Below, in pieces: positions 61,330 through 64,000 of a stretch of 64,000 nucleotides of DNA (position 1 is its first letter; every line of letters begins with the position of its first letter). The position numbers were made by a program, and so were the translations under genes. The notes under the pieces were generated by a model, which saw only the letters and a list, made by a program, of their open reading frames with translations, searched no databases and was not told the DNA's origin. Location of the stretch: NCBI GenBank assembly GCA_023205875.1, contig CP060764.1:558001-622000 (forward strand), in the 5' to 3' direction. This DNA is from Chloropicon primus. Its lineage: Eukaryota.

Positions 61330-62739
61330 ATGAGGGCGACGACGACGAGGGTGCAGGTGTGCGAGGCGAAGGGCTCGGCCTCGGTCTCGCGCGGGAGGGG
61401 TCTCGGTGTGGCTCCGAGGGGCAGGAGCACGATGATGTTGATCGGGGAGAGGGGGAGGAGCAGAGGGGTGGGGTGCAGGGTGAAGAACGACGATGGGTCC
61501 ATCTACTACAGCGAGGATGCCCTTGATGGCAAGGCGGGGAGCGAAATGTCCTCTCCGGCGAGCACCTCGGCGGACGGGTCGGCCCAGAAGGCCGGAAGCT
61601 GGGAGCCTAGCGAGGAGAACGCGGGGCGTTGGGACGCGGCGGACAAGTGGCTCGGGATCGAGGATAGCAGCGGTGGCTGCAACGGAGGCGGCAACGGAGG
61701 CGGCAGCGGAGACGGCAGCGGAGGTGGAGGAGAGGGGAGCGGGGGTGGCGACGAGGAGGAGGAGGACGCGCTTCTGCCTCTCAACGAGGCGGAGAAGCTC
61801 GCCAAGGACGCGAAGATTCCCGAGGACTGGCAGGGTCTTGCCAAGCTGGGCGGTGGCCTGAGGCAAAGCGTCCTGACCAAGTACCTGGCCCTGCTCAAGG
61901 CCGGGGGAATGGTTGGGTTCCTGGCGGGAAAGTTTCCGATTCTCAGGGACAGGCTCATCCAGGATGACAGGTTCTTGTTTAAGGTCGCCACGGAAGTGCT
62001 GATCGACTCGGGGTGCGCCACGCTTGCGGAGGTGAAGAAGAGGGGTCCCGCTTTCTGGGGGGAGTTCGAGTTTTACTTGAGCGACCTTGTGGTCGGCATC
62101 TTCCTTGACGTCGCCCTGGTGACCCTGCTGGCTCCGACTTGCATGGCGGGTGCGACCAACATCGTCAAGGTCGCCGGGAAAACGAAGGGCCTCGCAAAGT
62201 ATTCGCAGATGTTCCTGTCGTTCCAAAAGAGCCTGCCGTCGGCGGTGTTCGAGAAGTCTGTCAAGGGGCTTAGGGTCTACACACCGCAGCAGAGGATCAC
62301 CGCCTTCTTGTACAAGGGCCTGGAGTACGCTTTCGTTGGATTCGCGTGTGGACTGGTGGGGCAGAGCATGGCCAACACCGCCATGATCGCCAAGAGAGCC
62401 TACAAGAGGTCAAAGATCGCCTCGCAGTCGTCCGACGCGGCGGGTGCCTCGGTGGCGGGTCTGAGCGCCGGCGAAGGAGACTTCGACTCCGAGGTCCTGG
62501 ACGAAGTTCCCGTGCCTCCTCTGTTCCGAACGGCCTTGGTTTGGGCGCTCTTCATGGGGGTGTCCTCGAACACGAGGTACCAGGTGGTCTTCGGCCTGGA
62601 GAGGCTCGTGGAGGGCACCGTGCTGGCCAAGAACGTCCCAATGATCGCCAACTTGGCCACGATAGCCATTAGGTTTGCCAACAACATTTATGGAGGGGAG
62701 CAATTCATTGACATGGCGAGGTGGGCTGGCGTGCAGTAA
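61330..62739 (+). CDS. RETICULATA-RELATED plastid envelope protein (DUF3411)
   Basis: Gly-rich linker, RDRLIQDDRFLFKVATEVLID, FWGEFEFYLSDLVVG, FMGVSSNTRYQVVFGLER, RFANNIYGGEQFIDMARWAGVQ. Confidence 0.92.
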   Translation: MRATTTRVQVCEAKGSASVSRGRGLGVAPRGRSTMMLIGERGRSRGVGCRVKNDDGSIYYSEDALDGKAGSEMSSPASTSADGSAQKAGSWEPSEENAGRWDAADKWLGIEDSSGGCNGGGNGGGSGDGSGGGGEGSGGGDEEEEDALLPLNEAEKLAKDAKIPEDWQGLAKLGGGLRQSVLTKYLALLKAGGMVGFLAGKFPILRDRLIQDDRFLFKVATEVLIDSGCATLAEVKKRGPAFWGEFEFYLSDLVVGIFLDVALVTLLAPTCMAGATNIVKVAGKTKGLAKYSQMFLSFQKSLPSAVFEKSVKGLRVYTPQQRITAFLYKGLEYAFVGFACGLVGQSMANTAMIAKRAYKRSKIASQSSDAAGASVAGLSAGEGDFDSEVLDEVPVPPLFRTALVWALFMGVSSNTRYQVVFGLERLVEGTVLAKNVPMIANLATIAIRFANNIYGGEQFIDMARWAGVQ

Positions 62740-62849
62740 CTCAGGGAACCGAGCCAAGCAAAGGTGCACGAATTTTTATTCTTGAATACATGTTTCGGGC
62801 TTTTTTAGGGACGACTGCACCGTGTACACGGCGGGCCTCTCCTTTCTTT

Positions 62850-63803
62850 CTACTCAATGTCCAGCTCCTTCAGCGTTTTCATGACGATGTTCGAGATGAA
62901 AGTGGTGGCGAGGAGTGTGCCCCCCACACCGATGGCCAGGGGGGCGACGCTCCCGAGCGATCCCGAACCGCCCCCGCTCGTCTGCTCGAGCACGGACTTG
63001 CTCACATCGCCGGCGCTGACGTACGCGAAGGTTCCAGGAAACATCCCCAGCCAGGACCCCAAGACGTACGAGCCCAGGTCCACGCTGGTCAGGCCGTAGA
63101 GGTAGTTCGACAACGCAAAGGGGAGCAAGGGGGAGAGCCTGAGGAAAAGCACGAGCTTGAAGGACTCCTTCCCGATTGCCTTGTCTATCGCCGCGAACTT
63201 CTCGTTCTTCTGAGCGATCTCCAGCACCCTGTCCCTCGCGACGTAGCGAGCGATGAGGAACGCTATGGTCGCCGCGATGGTGGCGCTGATGGAGACGATG
63301 ACGGAGCCCAAAAGGGGCCCGAAGAGCACGCCGGCCGTCATGGTCAGGGGTATTGCTGGCACGGCGAGGACTTCCAAGACTATGTAAGCCCCTGCATAGG
63401 CGAGGTAACCAAAGCTCCCCCACTCCTCCAGCAGGGCGCTGAAGACCACGAGTGACGAGTAGATGTCATCCTTGTAGACCACGCCCAGGCCGACCAGAAG
63501 GGCAATGCCCAGGACCGCGGCCCCGGTCCCGGCCAGCGCGGTCGCGCTCCCGCTTCCTCCCCCCTCCTCCGCGCCCTGCTCCCCCCCTTCCGCGATAGAC
63601 GACGACGCGGTGGTCGAAGTCTCCTCCTCCCTGGTCGCCCTAGTCGCCCCCCTCCCTCCGACAACATCTTCGCGCCCCCTCGCTTCCCTGGCGGGTCTCA
63701 CAGCCAGCCTCCTCTTCGGAAGATGGTGCGCGGGCTTCCTCCGCCGACACCCCGGCCCTCCCAACACCCCCGCCGCAACCCTCGACCTCGCACCGATCGC
63801 CAT
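62850..63803 (-). CDS. TVP38/TMEM64 (VTT/DedA, SNARE-associated) membrane protein, plastid-type
   Basis: LEVLAVPAIPLTMTAGVLFG, AFLIARY, LRLSPLLPFALSNYLYGLT, GMFPGTFAYV. Confidence 0.92.
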   Translation of the reverse strand: MAIGARSRVAAGVLGGPGCRRRKPAHHLPKRRLAVRPAREARGREDVVGGRGATRATREEETSTTASSSIAEGGEQGAEEGGGSGSATALAGTGAAVLGIALLVGLGVVYKDDIYSSLVVFSALLEEWGSFGYLAYAGAYIVLEVLAVPAIPLTMTAGVLFGPLLGSVIVSISATIAATIAFLIARYVARDRVLEIAQKNEKFAAIDKAIGKESFKLVLFLRLSPLLPFALSNYLYGLTSVDLGSYVLGSWLGMFPGTFAYVSAGDVSKSVLEQTSGGGSGSLGSVAPLAIGVGGTLLATTFISNIVMKTLKELDIE

Positions 63804-64000
63804 CTTCCTTATCCTCATCCACTGCCAGCCACGAGCTCCTGAGATTCTGGAGAGATCCTCTCCAGCTTTGAGCCAGGAGCCAGGAGGAGAACTTGAGGAG
63901 GGGGAGAGCTTGATGTGGTGTGAGTGTGATGTCAAGGCAGGGTCAAGGCGGGGGTGTCCAAGGACTCGAGGGTGAGGCTGGGCAACTGGGAGCGGGAGGA

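Noticed and set aside
1..64000. tRNA or rRNA genes; bacterial contamination as the source of murA, terC, crtW and the PqaA-like genes
   Set aside because: No cloverleaf or rRNA signatures seen by eye. The bacterial-like genes carry eukaryotic targeting leaders, share host codon usage and are interleaved with intron-containing eukaryotic genes

Overview
A compact, GC-rich, intron-poor eukaryotic nuclear region with about 38 protein genes. Plastid-targeted genes (RNase J, CCB4, plant-type GSH1, ferredoxin sulfite reductase, TerC, RETICULATA-related, NOL-like) and short GT-AG introns point to a green alga, probably a picoplanktonic chlorophyte such as Chloropicon (inferred, not verified). Most genes are housekeeping. 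The notable items are: (1) an unannotated 3' remnant of a TnpB/Fanzor-like nuclease (CxxCG-x4-RDxNAA), followed by a palindromic hairpin and four telomere-type CCCTAAAA repeats, at ~56.8-57.0 kb; (2) a 3.6-kb inverted duplication of two near-identical GH5 mannanase genes, one of them frameshifted; (3) a plastid-type MurA next to that duplication; (4) three tandem secreted PqaA/AprA-family hydrolases; (5) a CrtW-type carotenoid ketolase; (6) a PKD2-like channel; (7) a PKG-architecture kinase with cAMP-type binding cassettes; (8) a P-loop kinase/F-box/tandem-Yippee fusion; (9) a divergent pair of orphan secreted proteins. All calls come from reading motifs by eye; no searches were run.
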